Below, piece after piece: positions 51,711-60,127 of a DNA stretch of 64,000 nt (within the stretch, counting starts at the first letter, position 1; every line of letters begins with the position of its first letter). A program made the translations under genes and the position numbers. This stretch comes from Spirochaetaceae bacterium. GTDB taxonomy: Bacteria > Spirochaetota > Spirochaetia > DSM-2461. Location: positions 1,216,001 to 1,280,000 of the forward strand of contig OZ245056.1 of the NCBI GenBank assembly GCA_965224705.1, written 5' to 3'. The notes below the pieces were generated by a model, which was given only the letters and a program-made list of their open reading frames with translations, searched no databases and was not told where the DNA came from.

Positions 51711-52447
51711 GCCGTCATGTCCATGCTAAACGCCGTCTCCCTTTGCTTGATGGCGCTATTCTATCGGAAAACAGAAGGCTTTTCAATGGAATGACTATCC
51801 CCATATAACTCCCCCCGTCTACCGGTTTCAAAGAATGAAATCAGAAAAAGCTGAGCGCTAATATGCCATAACGGAAAAATGTCAACAGCGGAGCAAAAGT
51901 TCTGGAATTTTGCGGTTTCAAACTCCCGCTTTTGGGTAGAATTAAACAGAATCAACGATTTTCTAACCAGTCTTCATCCGGGATGAATCGCGATTACCTC
52001 CATCAGATAAGCCCTATTTCGCCGTTTCATGATGTCAGCATGTCGAGATCCGCCCAGGGATCCCTGCTGGAGGACGATTCTCAATTTGCTGGCCGGGCCA
52101 GCCGGAACCCGATTGAGAGATTGCTATCGCCAGGGCTGAAGTGGCTGCCGTTCCGATAGACCCGGGTCGAGCCCGAAGACGGCCCAAAATGTTCACCATG
52201 TAGAAAACAACCTGACACAGACCTGAACGCAACTCCAAAATCATGCTATCCTGTAAACGAGGAAATTCATCCGAGAATACAAAAAGTATTTCACCGAGAC
52301 ATGTCCCGGGCACTTCATCGGCAACTATGGGATGTACAAAACTCACACCATCAACATTGAAGCCATCCGATTATCGGGACCTGACGGAGTCTTTCTATCC
52401 GAATTCTGTCGGAATATTGACCGCTTATCCGGCCAGGCTGAAATCAA

Positions 52448-52610
52448 GGAGTCTGTCGGACTTTAAGGCTTCGAGGCGATTTTTGATGATTTTTTCCTGA
52501 TGCAAGGCGACAAAAACGGAGCGTAGCTGGGCTACGTGAGTATTTTGGCAACGCAGCAGCAGGGAAAAAGGGCAAAAATCGAGCCGTGAGGCGTAAGTCC
52601 GACAGACTCC
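52448..52610 (+). mobile_element. Full-length 163-bp MITE
   Basis: Perfect 16-bp TIRs GGAGTCTGTCGGACTT / AAGTCCGACAGACTCC; internal hairpin CGTAGCtggGCTACG; no coding capacity. Confidence 0.85.
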
Positions 52611-52675
52611 AAGGAGTCCGGTTTCCCCAAACAGATTATTGACAAACTGCTTAAGGGCATTATAAGGAGAACAAT

Positions 52676-52880
52676 ATGGTACCTGTTGCCGATGTAACGG
52701 AGCTGATGAGACCTCAACTTGAAAAGGCCTGGGATGACGGAATAGAAAAGGGCAAAAAAGAAGGCGAAAAAAAAAGCCATAGCCCAAACAGCCAGGCGCT
52801 TAAAGGCCGCCGGAGCCGACATGGAACTCATCATCAAGACCACCGGCCTGAGCGAAGAAGAGATCCAGAAACTCAAACAG
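52676..52880 (+). pseudogene. Rpn-type C-terminal domain mini-gene, frameshifted in an A9 run
   Basis: TTGACA/TATAAG and AAGGAG upstream; WDDGIEKGKKEG; with A8 it continues AIAQTARRLKAAGADMELIIKTTGLSEEEIQKL. Confidence 0.65.
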
Positions 52881-53009
52881 GAACAAATCTCCCCCATTGA
52901 TAGCCCCACTACAGAAAACCGCTCAGATTAAAATATCTCGGAATTTCACTTGCTCTTTTTGTGTTCTCCATGCAAGATTAGGTTAAACTACATGAATAAG
53001 GAGAGATCT

Positions 53010-54629
53010 ATGAAAAAACTACTCTTGCTATTATCTGTTCTCGCTTTGTCCGCAAGTATGGTATTCGGTGGCGGCGATAATGACAAAGGCCCCGCCCCTG
53101 ACGGTGACAAAGCTCCCGCCCCTGTCGAAGACAGCAGAATGGGGGGCGTGCTTGTATTCGCCCGTTCCGGCGACTCGGTGGGACTCGACCCCGCCCGGGA
53201 AACAGACGGCGAGTCCTTCTACGCGACACATCAAATCTTTGACACGCTCGTGGAGTTCAAGACAGGCACGACAGAAGTCGTTCCGGCACTGGCCACCAGT
53301 TGGGATGTCGCTCCCGATGGCCTCACCTATACATTTCATCTTCGGAAAGGCATTAAATTCCACGATGGCACGGCTTTCAACGCGGACGCTGTGGTATTTT
53401 CCTACATGCGTCAGCTTGATGAGAACAATGAGTATTACAAATACGGGCCGTGGAAATACTGGGGCAGCATGGATATGAGCAACATCATCAGTGCCATTAC
53501 CCCTATCGACGACTATACCGTCGAGTTCAAGCTCCTGAAGGTTGAAGCGCCGTTCATCGCGAACCTGGCCATGGACTTTGCCGGCATCGTCTCCCCGACG
53601 GCGTACAAGGCCGATCCTGAAGGCTTCTCTTCCAACCCGGTGGGAACCGGGCCCTTCAAGTTCATCAGTTGGACCAAGGATTCGGATATCGTCCTGGAGA
53701 GAAACGAAGACTACTGGGAGCCGGTTTATCTGGATCGACTCATTCTCAAAGTCATCCCGGACGCGACGGCACGCTGGCTGGCGCTCCAAAAAGGTGAAGT
53801 GGATCTTATCGACTTCCCCGCCGCCGATGATTTTCCAGCGATGAGGGAAAATCCTGATATTCAGTTGATCCAGCAGCCCGGTCTCAACGTCGGCTACCTG
53901 GCCCTCAACACGGAGAAGAAGCCCTATGACGACAAGCGTGTCCGTCAAGCCATGAACTACGCCATCAACAGGGATGAAATTATCGATGCGGTTTACGGCA
54001 ACGCCGGTCAGCCGGCGAAGAATCCCATTCCGCCGACGATGTGGTCTTACAATGATGATATCACCCCCTATCCTTACGATGTTGACACAGCCAGGGATCT
54101 TCTGGCGGAAGCGGGTTATTCCGATGGGTTCGAAACTGAAATCTGGGCCATGCCCGTTGCCCGTCCGTACAATCCTGATGCCCGTAAGATCGCCGAGATA
54201 ATGCAGGCTCAACTGGCAAAGATTAACGTAGAAGTGGAAATCATTTCCTACGAATGGGGCACGTACCTGGACAGAACCGATAATGGCGAACATCAAGCCG
54301 CCATGCTAGGCTGGACCGGGGACAACGGAGACCCGGACAATTTTCTCTTCACCCTTCTTTCCATCCCCGCTGCGGAGAAGCCTGCCATGAATATCGCCTT
54401 CTGGGAAAACGAAGATTTCAACAACCTCGTGGTTGAAGCCAAGGAAACCGCCGATTCGGCAAAGCGTACCAGCCTTTACCGGCAGGCCCAGGAAATCTTC
54501 CACGAAGAGGCTCCGTGGGTGACCATCGCTCATTCGATTGTTACTCTGCCCGCCAAAAAAACGGTTCGGGATTTTCTTATTTCGCCAACGGGAACCCGTG
54601 TATTCAAACAGGTCTGGCTTGAGAAATAA
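53010..54629 (+). CDS. dppA: Dipeptide ABC transporter substrate-binding protein
   Basis: YTFHLRKGIKFH, GTGPFKF, AMPVARPYNP, GWTGDNGDPDNF. Confidence 0.92.
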   Translation: MKKLLLLLSVLALSASMVFGGGDNDKGPAPDGDKAPAPVEDSRMGGVLVFARSGDSVGLDPARETDGESFYATHQIFDTLVEFKTGTTEVVPALATSWDVAPDGLTYTFHLRKGIKFHDGTAFNADAVVFSYMRQLDENNEYYKYGPWKYWGSMDMSNIISAITPIDDYTVEFKLLKVEAPFIANLAMDFAGIVSPTAYKADPEGFSSNPVGTGPFKFISWTKDSDIVLERNEDYWEPVYLDRLILKVIPDATARWLALQKGEVDLIDFPAADDFPAMRENPDIQLIQQPGLNVGYLALNTEKKPYDDKRVRQAMNYAINRDEIIDAVYGNAGQPAKNPIPPTMWSYNDDITPYPYDVDTARDLLAEAGYSDGFETEIWAMPVARPYNPDARKIAEIMQAQLAKINVEVEIISYEWGTYLDRTDNGEHQAAMLGWTGDNGDPDNFLFTLLSIPAAEKPAMNIAFWENEDFNNLVVEAKETADSAKRTSLYRQAQEIFHEEAPWVTIAHSIVTLPAKKTVRDFLISPTGTRVFKQVWLEK

Positions 54630-54700
54630 AGCTGTTTGATAATTTTTTGATGACAAACCGGCTTGCTCCTCTCGGGGAGTGAGTCGGTTGAAGACAATTT

Positions 54701-55717
54701 ATGCTGAAATTCGCCCTGAAAAGATTGACACTGCTGGTACCGACTCTGCTCGGGGTTGTTACGCTGGTTTTCTTCATGATCGCCCTCTCACCCGGCGATC
54801 CGGCGCGTGTCATGTTGGGCGAGAGGGCAAGCGCCGAACAATTGGCCAGGTTGAGAGAGGAACTTGGCCTGGATCAGCCTCTTGGAAAGCAATACTTCCT
54901 CTATCTCGGACGTATCGTCCGGGGTGACCTGGGCAAGTCCATTCTCACCCAGCAGAGGGTTACGGAGGAACTTCGTCAACGGCTTCCGGCCACGATTGAA
55001 CTGGCCATTACCGCCACCATCTTCGCTTCAATACTTGGCATCGTGTTGGGAGTGGCTGCGGCGAGGAAGAGAAACTCCTGGGTGGATTATTCCACCATGA
55101 CCGGCGCCCTTGTCGGTGTTTCGATGCCGGTTTTTTGGCTCGCCCTGGTTCTTATTATGGTGTTTTCGATTGCTCTGGACTGGCTTCCTACCGGAGGACG
55201 GATGGATGTCAGGCTTTATTTCACCCCCATCACGCATTTCTACCTCTTAGACGGCATGATTCTCTGGCTCCGGGGAGAAGGAGGACAGGTGTTTCTCAAC
55301 GCTCTGAAACATCTCATCCTGCCTACCGTCGCTCTGGGAACCATCCCCCTGGCCATCATCGCCAGGACAACCCGGAGTTCCATGCTTGAGGTTCTCAAAC
55401 AGGACTATGTCAAAACCGCCAGGGCGGCGGGTGTGCCTGAAGGCCGGGTTATATACCGCTATGCCTTGAGGAACGCGCTCTTGCCGGTGATTACCGTCAT
55501 CGGAATCCAATTCGGCCTTCTGCTTTCAGGGGCCATCCTTACCGAAACCATCTTCGCCTGGCCGGGGATAGGAAAATGGATTTACCATTCCATCAGCGCC
55601 CGTGATTTCCCGGCAGTCCAGGGAGGAATACTCTTTATCAGCTTCTTCTTTGTGATGATCAACCTGGCGGTCGATCTGCTGTATTCGGTCATCAACCCGC
55701 GGATCAGGCTGAAGTGA
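54701..55717 (+). CDS. dppB: Dipeptide ABC transporter permease
   Basis: PGDPA, HLILP, RSSMLEVL, ETIFAWPGIG. Confidence 0.92.
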   Translation: MLKFALKRLTLLVPTLLGVVTLVFFMIALSPGDPARVMLGERASAEQLARLREELGLDQPLGKQYFLYLGRIVRGDLGKSILTQQRVTEELRQRLPATIELAITATIFASILGIVLGVAAARKRNSWVDYSTMTGALVGVSMPVFWLALVLIMVFSIALDWLPTGGRMDVRLYFTPITHFYLLDGMILWLRGEGGQVFLNALKHLILPTVALGTIPLAIIARTTRSSMLEVLKQDYVKTARAAGVPEGRVIYRYALRNALLPVITVIGIQFGLLLSGAILTETIFAWPGIGKWIYHSISARDFPAVQGGILFISFFFVMINLAVDLLYSVINPRIRLK

Positions 55718-55726
55718 GGCTGTGAT

Positions 55727-56599
55727 ATGAGAGAGCGAAACACGATTCCCGCCGAGCCGGGATTCTGGGCTGAATCCTGGCACCAACTCACCCGAAACCG
55801 CGCCGCCATGGCGGGTCTCATCATCGTTACCGGCTTCGCGCTTCTGGCCGTTTTCGCCCCGCTTCTGGCCCCCCACGACCCCCTGGAGCAGACGATTTCC
55901 GCCCGAATGACGGCGCCGTTCAATGGCGCCTACATTCTCGGCACCGACGATCTGGGGAGGGATATGCTTTCCCGCATTATTTACGGCGGCCGAATCTCCC
56001 TCATCATCGGGGTTGTCTCCGTTGGGATAAGTTTACTGCTGGGAATCACGCTGGGTGTCATCGCCGGTTATTTCGGCGGCTGGCAGGACAAGGTGATCAT
56101 GCGGATTATCGACATCATGCTTGCTTTTCCCTACATACTCCTCACCATCGTTATTGTGGCCATACTTGGGCCCTCGCTGTTTAACGCCATGGTGGCCATC
56201 GGCATTAGCCAGATGCCCCGCTACGCCCGGGTTATCCGTGCTTCGGTACTGGCTGAACGGGAGCAGGACTATGTCATGGCCGAGCGGGCTTTGGGAACGG
56301 GCAACCTGGAATTGATGTTTCATACGATACTTCCCAATGCACTTTCGGCCACCATCGTCCAGGCCACACTGGGTGTCGGTGAAGCAATTCTGAGCTCTGC
56401 GGGTTTGAGTTTCCTGGGTCTTGGCGCCCAGCCTCCAACGCCCGAATGGGGCTTGATGATTGCCTCCAGTAAACAATTCATCACCAGTGGCTGGTGGATT
56501 GTGACCCTCCCGGGCATCGCGATTCTTCTGGCGGTTCTGGGATTCAACCTCCTGGGCGACGGCCTGCGCGATATTCTCGACCCGCGGCTGAGGGATTAG
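55727..56599 (+). CDS. dppC: Dipeptide ABC transporter permease
   Basis: LGTDDLGRD, QPPTPEWG, GDGLRDILDP. Confidence 0.92.
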   Translation: MRERNTIPAEPGFWAESWHQLTRNRAAMAGLIIVTGFALLAVFAPLLAPHDPLEQTISARMTAPFNGAYILGTDDLGRDMLSRIIYGGRISLIIGVVSVGISLLLGITLGVIAGYFGGWQDKVIMRIIDIMLAFPYILLTIVIVAILGPSLFNAMVAIGISQMPRYARVIRASVLAEREQDYVMAERALGTGNLELMFHTILPNALSATIVQATLGVGEAILSSAGLSFLGLGAQPPTPEWGLMIASSKQFITSGWWIVTLPGIAILLAVLGFNLLGDGLRDILDPRLRD

Positions 56600-56601
56600 A
56601 T

Positions 56602-57615
56602 ATGACGGATCGCAGGGCTGAGGGAACAATCCTCGGGATGGAAAATCTCAGCGTCAGCTTCCACACCCGGCGCGGAGTTGTCCGGGCTGTGCGGAACCTG
56701 AATCTCAGGATTGAAGAGGGTGAAACCCTCGCATTGGTGGGCGAATCGGGCTGCGGGAAATCTGTGACCGCCCACGCCATCACCCGGCTGATTCCCATGC
56801 CTCCGGGTGTGATTGAAAACGGGCAGATCCGTTTCCGGGAAACCAACCTGCTCGCCCTTTCAGACAAGGAGATGCGCTCTCTCCGAGGATCGAAGATCAG
56901 TATGATTTTCCAGGAACCTATGACGAGCCTGAATCCGGTCTTCACCATCGGAACTCAGATCGCCGAGGTGTTCCTCTCCCATGAGAAGATTGGCCGGAAG
57001 GAGGCCCATGAGAGGGCCGTGGACCTATTGGACCTCGTCAAAATTTCCGATCCGGGAAAACGGGCCAAATCCTATCCCCACCAACTGTCCGGCGGAATGC
57101 GGCAGCGGGCCATGATCGCCATGGCCCTGGCATCCCCGGAGCCCGGTCTCATGATAGCCGACGAACCAACCACAGCTCTGGATGTGACAATCCAGGCCCA
57201 GGTGCTCCAGCTTCTGGGAGAGCTCAAAGACCGGGTTGGCATGGCCCTCCTCCTCATCACGCACGACATGGGTGTTGTGGCCGAAACGGCCGACAGGGTT
57301 GCCGTGATGTATGCCGGGCGCAAAGTGGAAGATGCTCCGGTCCGGGAACTCTTTGCCAGGCCCCGCCATCCGTACACGGTCGGCCTGCTGGGCTGCCAGC
57401 CATCAGCTCCGGCGAATCAGGGCGCAGTCAGGCTGACTTCAATCAGCGGTTCCGTACCAGACCTTCTTTCTATGGGAGAGGGATGTCCCTTTGCGAATCG
57501 ATGCGGGAATGCCGACGAAATCTGCCGCGAAAGCTTCCCTGAGCAATCGGATGCCGGGATGAACCACTCTTTCTGCTGCTACAACCCGGACGGCACGGGG
57601 GTTAAGAATTCATGA
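56602..57615 (+). CDS. dppD: Dipeptide ABC transporter ATP-binding protein
   Basis: GESGCGKS, YPHQLSGGMRQR, DEPTTALDVT. Confidence 0.92.
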   Translation: MTDRRAEGTILGMENLSVSFHTRRGVVRAVRNLNLRIEEGETLALVGESGCGKSVTAHAITRLIPMPPGVIENGQIRFRETNLLALSDKEMRSLRGSKISMIFQEPMTSLNPVFTIGTQIAEVFLSHEKIGRKEAHERAVDLLDLVKISDPGKRAKSYPHQLSGGMRQRAMIAMALASPEPGLMIADEPTTALDVTIQAQVLQLLGELKDRVGMALLLITHDMGVVAETADRVAVMYAGRKVEDAPVRELFARPRHPYTVGLLGCQPSAPANQGAVRLTSISGSVPDLLSMGEGCPFANRCGNADEICRESFPEQSDAGMNHSFCCYNPDGTGVKNS

Positions 57616-58607
57616 GTGCGTTGCTGTCGGCCAGGAATATCAGGAAGAACTTCCTTATTAAGGATGACCGGGGACCGGCCCAATTGCTCAAAGCCGTCGA
57701 TGACGTGTCACTGGACATCGGCCCCGGTGAAGTCGTTGGGGTTGTCGGTGAATCCGGCTGCGGTAAATCCACCCTCGGGAAAACCCTCCTCCGGCTTCAC
57801 GAGCCGGATGGCGGTACCCTTCGCTGGAAGGGTGAAGACATGGGGGCCTTCGCCGGGCAGAAACTCAAAGGGATACGGAAGTCGATGCAGATAATTTTTC
57901 AGGATCCCTTCTCGTCTCTTAACCCCCGGAAAAGAATTAAGGACATCATCGCCCAGCCGTTACGGGTTCACAAGACAGGTGATGTGCCGGAAATCAACGA
58001 ACGTGTCGAAATGGTGATGCGGGAAGTTGGCATTGATATCGCTTATGGCCGACGCTATCCGCATCAGTTTTCCGGTGGTCAGCGGCAGCGCATCGGCATT
58101 GCCCGCGCTCTGATTCTGGAGCCTGAATTCATCGTTTGTGATGAGGCCGTTAGCGCCCTGGATGTTTCCATTCAGGCCCAAATACTCAATCTCCTCCTGG
58201 ACCTCAGGGAAAGGCATAATTTCGCCAATTTGTTCATCTCCCACGACCTCTCGGTGGTGAAATTTCTCGCCCAAAGAATACTGGTGATGTATCTCGGCCG
58301 CATTGTCGAAAAGGCGCCAAAGACCGACCTCATGTCGGCGCCGCTTCATCCCTACACCCAGGCCCTGCTGGCGGCCTTTCCCGCCGCTGATCCATCAAGA
58401 CGGGACACCAGAAAGCAGATTGTTGTCGGCGATGTACCGTCACCGCAGAATCCACCGACGGGCTGCCATTTCCATCCGCGCTGTCCCATCGCGAAGGATC
58501 GGTGCCGGGAGGCTTATCCTCCCTTAGCCGAGGCTGCACCCGGTCATCAGGTGGCCTGCTGGGAGGTTCGCGAGAAATCATCCTCAAGACATGACAATCG
58601 CATCTAA
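57612..58607 (+). CDS. dppF: Dipeptide ABC transporter ATP-binding protein
   Basis: GESGCGKST, FSGGQRQRI, GCHFHPRC. Confidence 0.92.
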   Translation: MSALLSARNIRKNFLIKDDRGPAQLLKAVDDVSLDIGPGEVVGVVGESGCGKSTLGKTLLRLHEPDGGTLRWKGEDMGAFAGQKLKGIRKSMQIIFQDPFSSLNPRKRIKDIIAQPLRVHKTGDVPEINERVEMVMREVGIDIAYGRRYPHQFSGGQRQRIGIARALILEPEFIVCDEAVSALDVSIQAQILNLLLDLRERHNFANLFISHDLSVVKFLAQRILVMYLGRIVEKAPKTDLMSAPLHPYTQALLAAFPAADPSRRDTRKQIVVGDVPSPQNPPTGCHFHPRCPIAKDRCREAYPPLAEAAPGHQVACWEVREKSSSRHDNRI

Positions 58608-58666
58608 CTCTATCCCCCCAAAACCCCCCCCTTGCATAAACACCAGAACTTCCATAATGTAAAGTC

Positions 58667-59082
58667 ATGGAAACAACCAGACCATTCGATCCGCTGTCTG
58701 ACTTGTTTGCCCGTGCCCTTCTGGGCGATGAGAAAAACACCAGCCTGCTGACGAATTTCATCAATGCATTTCTAACTCCAAAGGTTATTTGAAGGAAGAC
58801 GAGATGCCCGTGCTATTGGGAGACAACCCATATATTCAGGAGGCCCATAAACTCTACACAACATTCACTGCCGATCAAGCCATGCTTGACAGGCTGGAAG
58901 CCAAAGAGAAATGGAGAAGGGATTATCTAAGCGGCCTGGATGAATCCTGGAACGATGGCAGGGAAAAAGGTAGAGAAGAAGGCATAACGCAAACAGTCAA
59001 AGACTTCAAGGCTGCCGGAGTTTCCATTGATATCATCATCAAGGCCACCGGCCTGAGCGAAGAAGAGATCCAGAAGCTCTAA
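58667..59082 (+). pseudogene. Rpn/PD-(D/E)XK-family gene with the nuclease core deleted; intact C-terminal ORF 58804-59082
   Basis: N-terminal METTRPFDPLSDLFARALLGDEKNTSLLTNFINAFL then out of frame; C-terminal ...GREKGREEG...IIKATGLSEEEIQKL with an AAGGAAG RBS-like site before ATG 58804. Confidence 0.75.
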
Positions 59083-59087
59083 CAGAA

Positions 59088-59180
59088 ACAAAGCTCCCCT
59101 GTCGAAGACAGCAGGGCGGGGGGTGTGCTTGTATTCGCCCTTCCGGCGACTCGAAGGCATAACTTCGCCAATTTGTTCAT
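59088..59180 (+). repeat. Vestige of a duplicated dpp operon
   Basis: 59088-59153 matches dppA 53107-53177; 59154-59180 matches dppF 58211-58237 (26/27). Confidence 0.85.
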
Positions 59181-59251
59181 TAATTGCCCTGAACACTCTC
59201 TCTGCGGTCAAAAACCATGGATAAGGCTTTCACTGTGTTTCAGTGGAATCT

Positions 59252-59830
59252 TCAGTGAGAGAAATAGTCCGGTTCCTGTCCTTCCTCCCATTTGATGTTA
59301 CACCCAACACTGGGTTTCTGGTCTTCGGAGACCGGGGTGTTGTTGAGAATCGCATCAACGGCCGAACTCAAATCCGCTCCGGTGATTGGTTGATTATTGC
59401 CGGGGCGGGCCTCATCGAACTGCCCCCTGTAGACAAGTTGATGCTGGGCATCGAAAAGGAAGAAATCGGGAGTACAGGTGGCCTTGTAGGTTTTGGCGGT
59501 ATTCTGGCTGGCATCATGGAGGTAGGGCACGAGAATGCCGTATCGGCGGATGAAATCCGGCATCCTGTCAGGCCCATCCTCCGGATGTGAGATTGAACTG
59601 TTAGAATTAATCAGCACGACACCCAGACCTTTTTCCGTATATTTCGCTGTGAGTTCGCCAAGTTTTTCTCCGATGTATTGGACAAAGGGACAGTGATTGC
59701 AGATGAACGCAACCAGAAGAGGCTGGTCTATGAAATCTCTGCGCGATACAGTCTTCCCCTCACAATCGGGGAGGGCAAAATCAGGGGCTGAGGTACCCAG
59801 GGGGTTCATTGCGGATGGTGTTACCGACAT
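59252..59830 (-). CDS. Thioredoxin-fold (AhpC/TSA-like) protein
   Basis: APDFALPD, FICNHCPFV, TPDFFLFD, YRGQFD, SVGCNIKW; start at ATG 59830. Confidence 0.9.
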   Translation of the reverse strand: MSVTPSAMNPLGTSAPDFALPDCEGKTVSRRDFIDQPLLVAFICNHCPFVQYIGEKLGELTAKYTEKGLGVVLINSNSSISHPEDGPDRMPDFIRRYGILVPYLHDASQNTAKTYKATCTPDFFLFDAQHQLVYRGQFDEARPGNNQPITGADLSSAVDAILNNTPVSEDQKPSVGCNIKWEEGQEPDYFSH

Positions 59831-59875
59831 ATTGCCTCCTATGGCAAGATAGCAGTTTTGTCCCCATGAGGCAAG

Positions 59876-59900
59876 GAGTCTGTCGGACTTTAAGACTCCA
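59876..59900 (+). repeat. Solo MITE left end
   Basis: GGAGTCTGTCGGACTTTAAGACTCC. Confidence 0.7.
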
Positions 59901-60127
59901 GGGAGGATGGTGGGTCCTGAATGCACAATAGGGACTAAATTGTCTTCGTTATCGGCAAGAAAGGTAAAATTCAGTGTGGGAAAAAGATTTGTATTGCTTT
60001 TTCGTTGTATAATGGTTTTATTCAATGTACCTGCTAAGATTATGGTATGCAAAAGTTGCTTTTTAAAGGGACCCTTAACAAAAACTATTGAGATGTCGAT
60101 GAAGTCTATTGTAAGGAGGAATCCTGT

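Noticed and set aside
51760..52440. Small ORFs or ncRNA upstream of the Roco gene
   Set aside because: No recognisable motif, RBS or stable structure identified by eye.
53031..54296. 421-aa antisense ORF (and similar shadow ORFs elsewhere)
   Set aside because: It lies opposite well-supported dppA and has no recognisable motifs; consistent with a codon-bias shadow.
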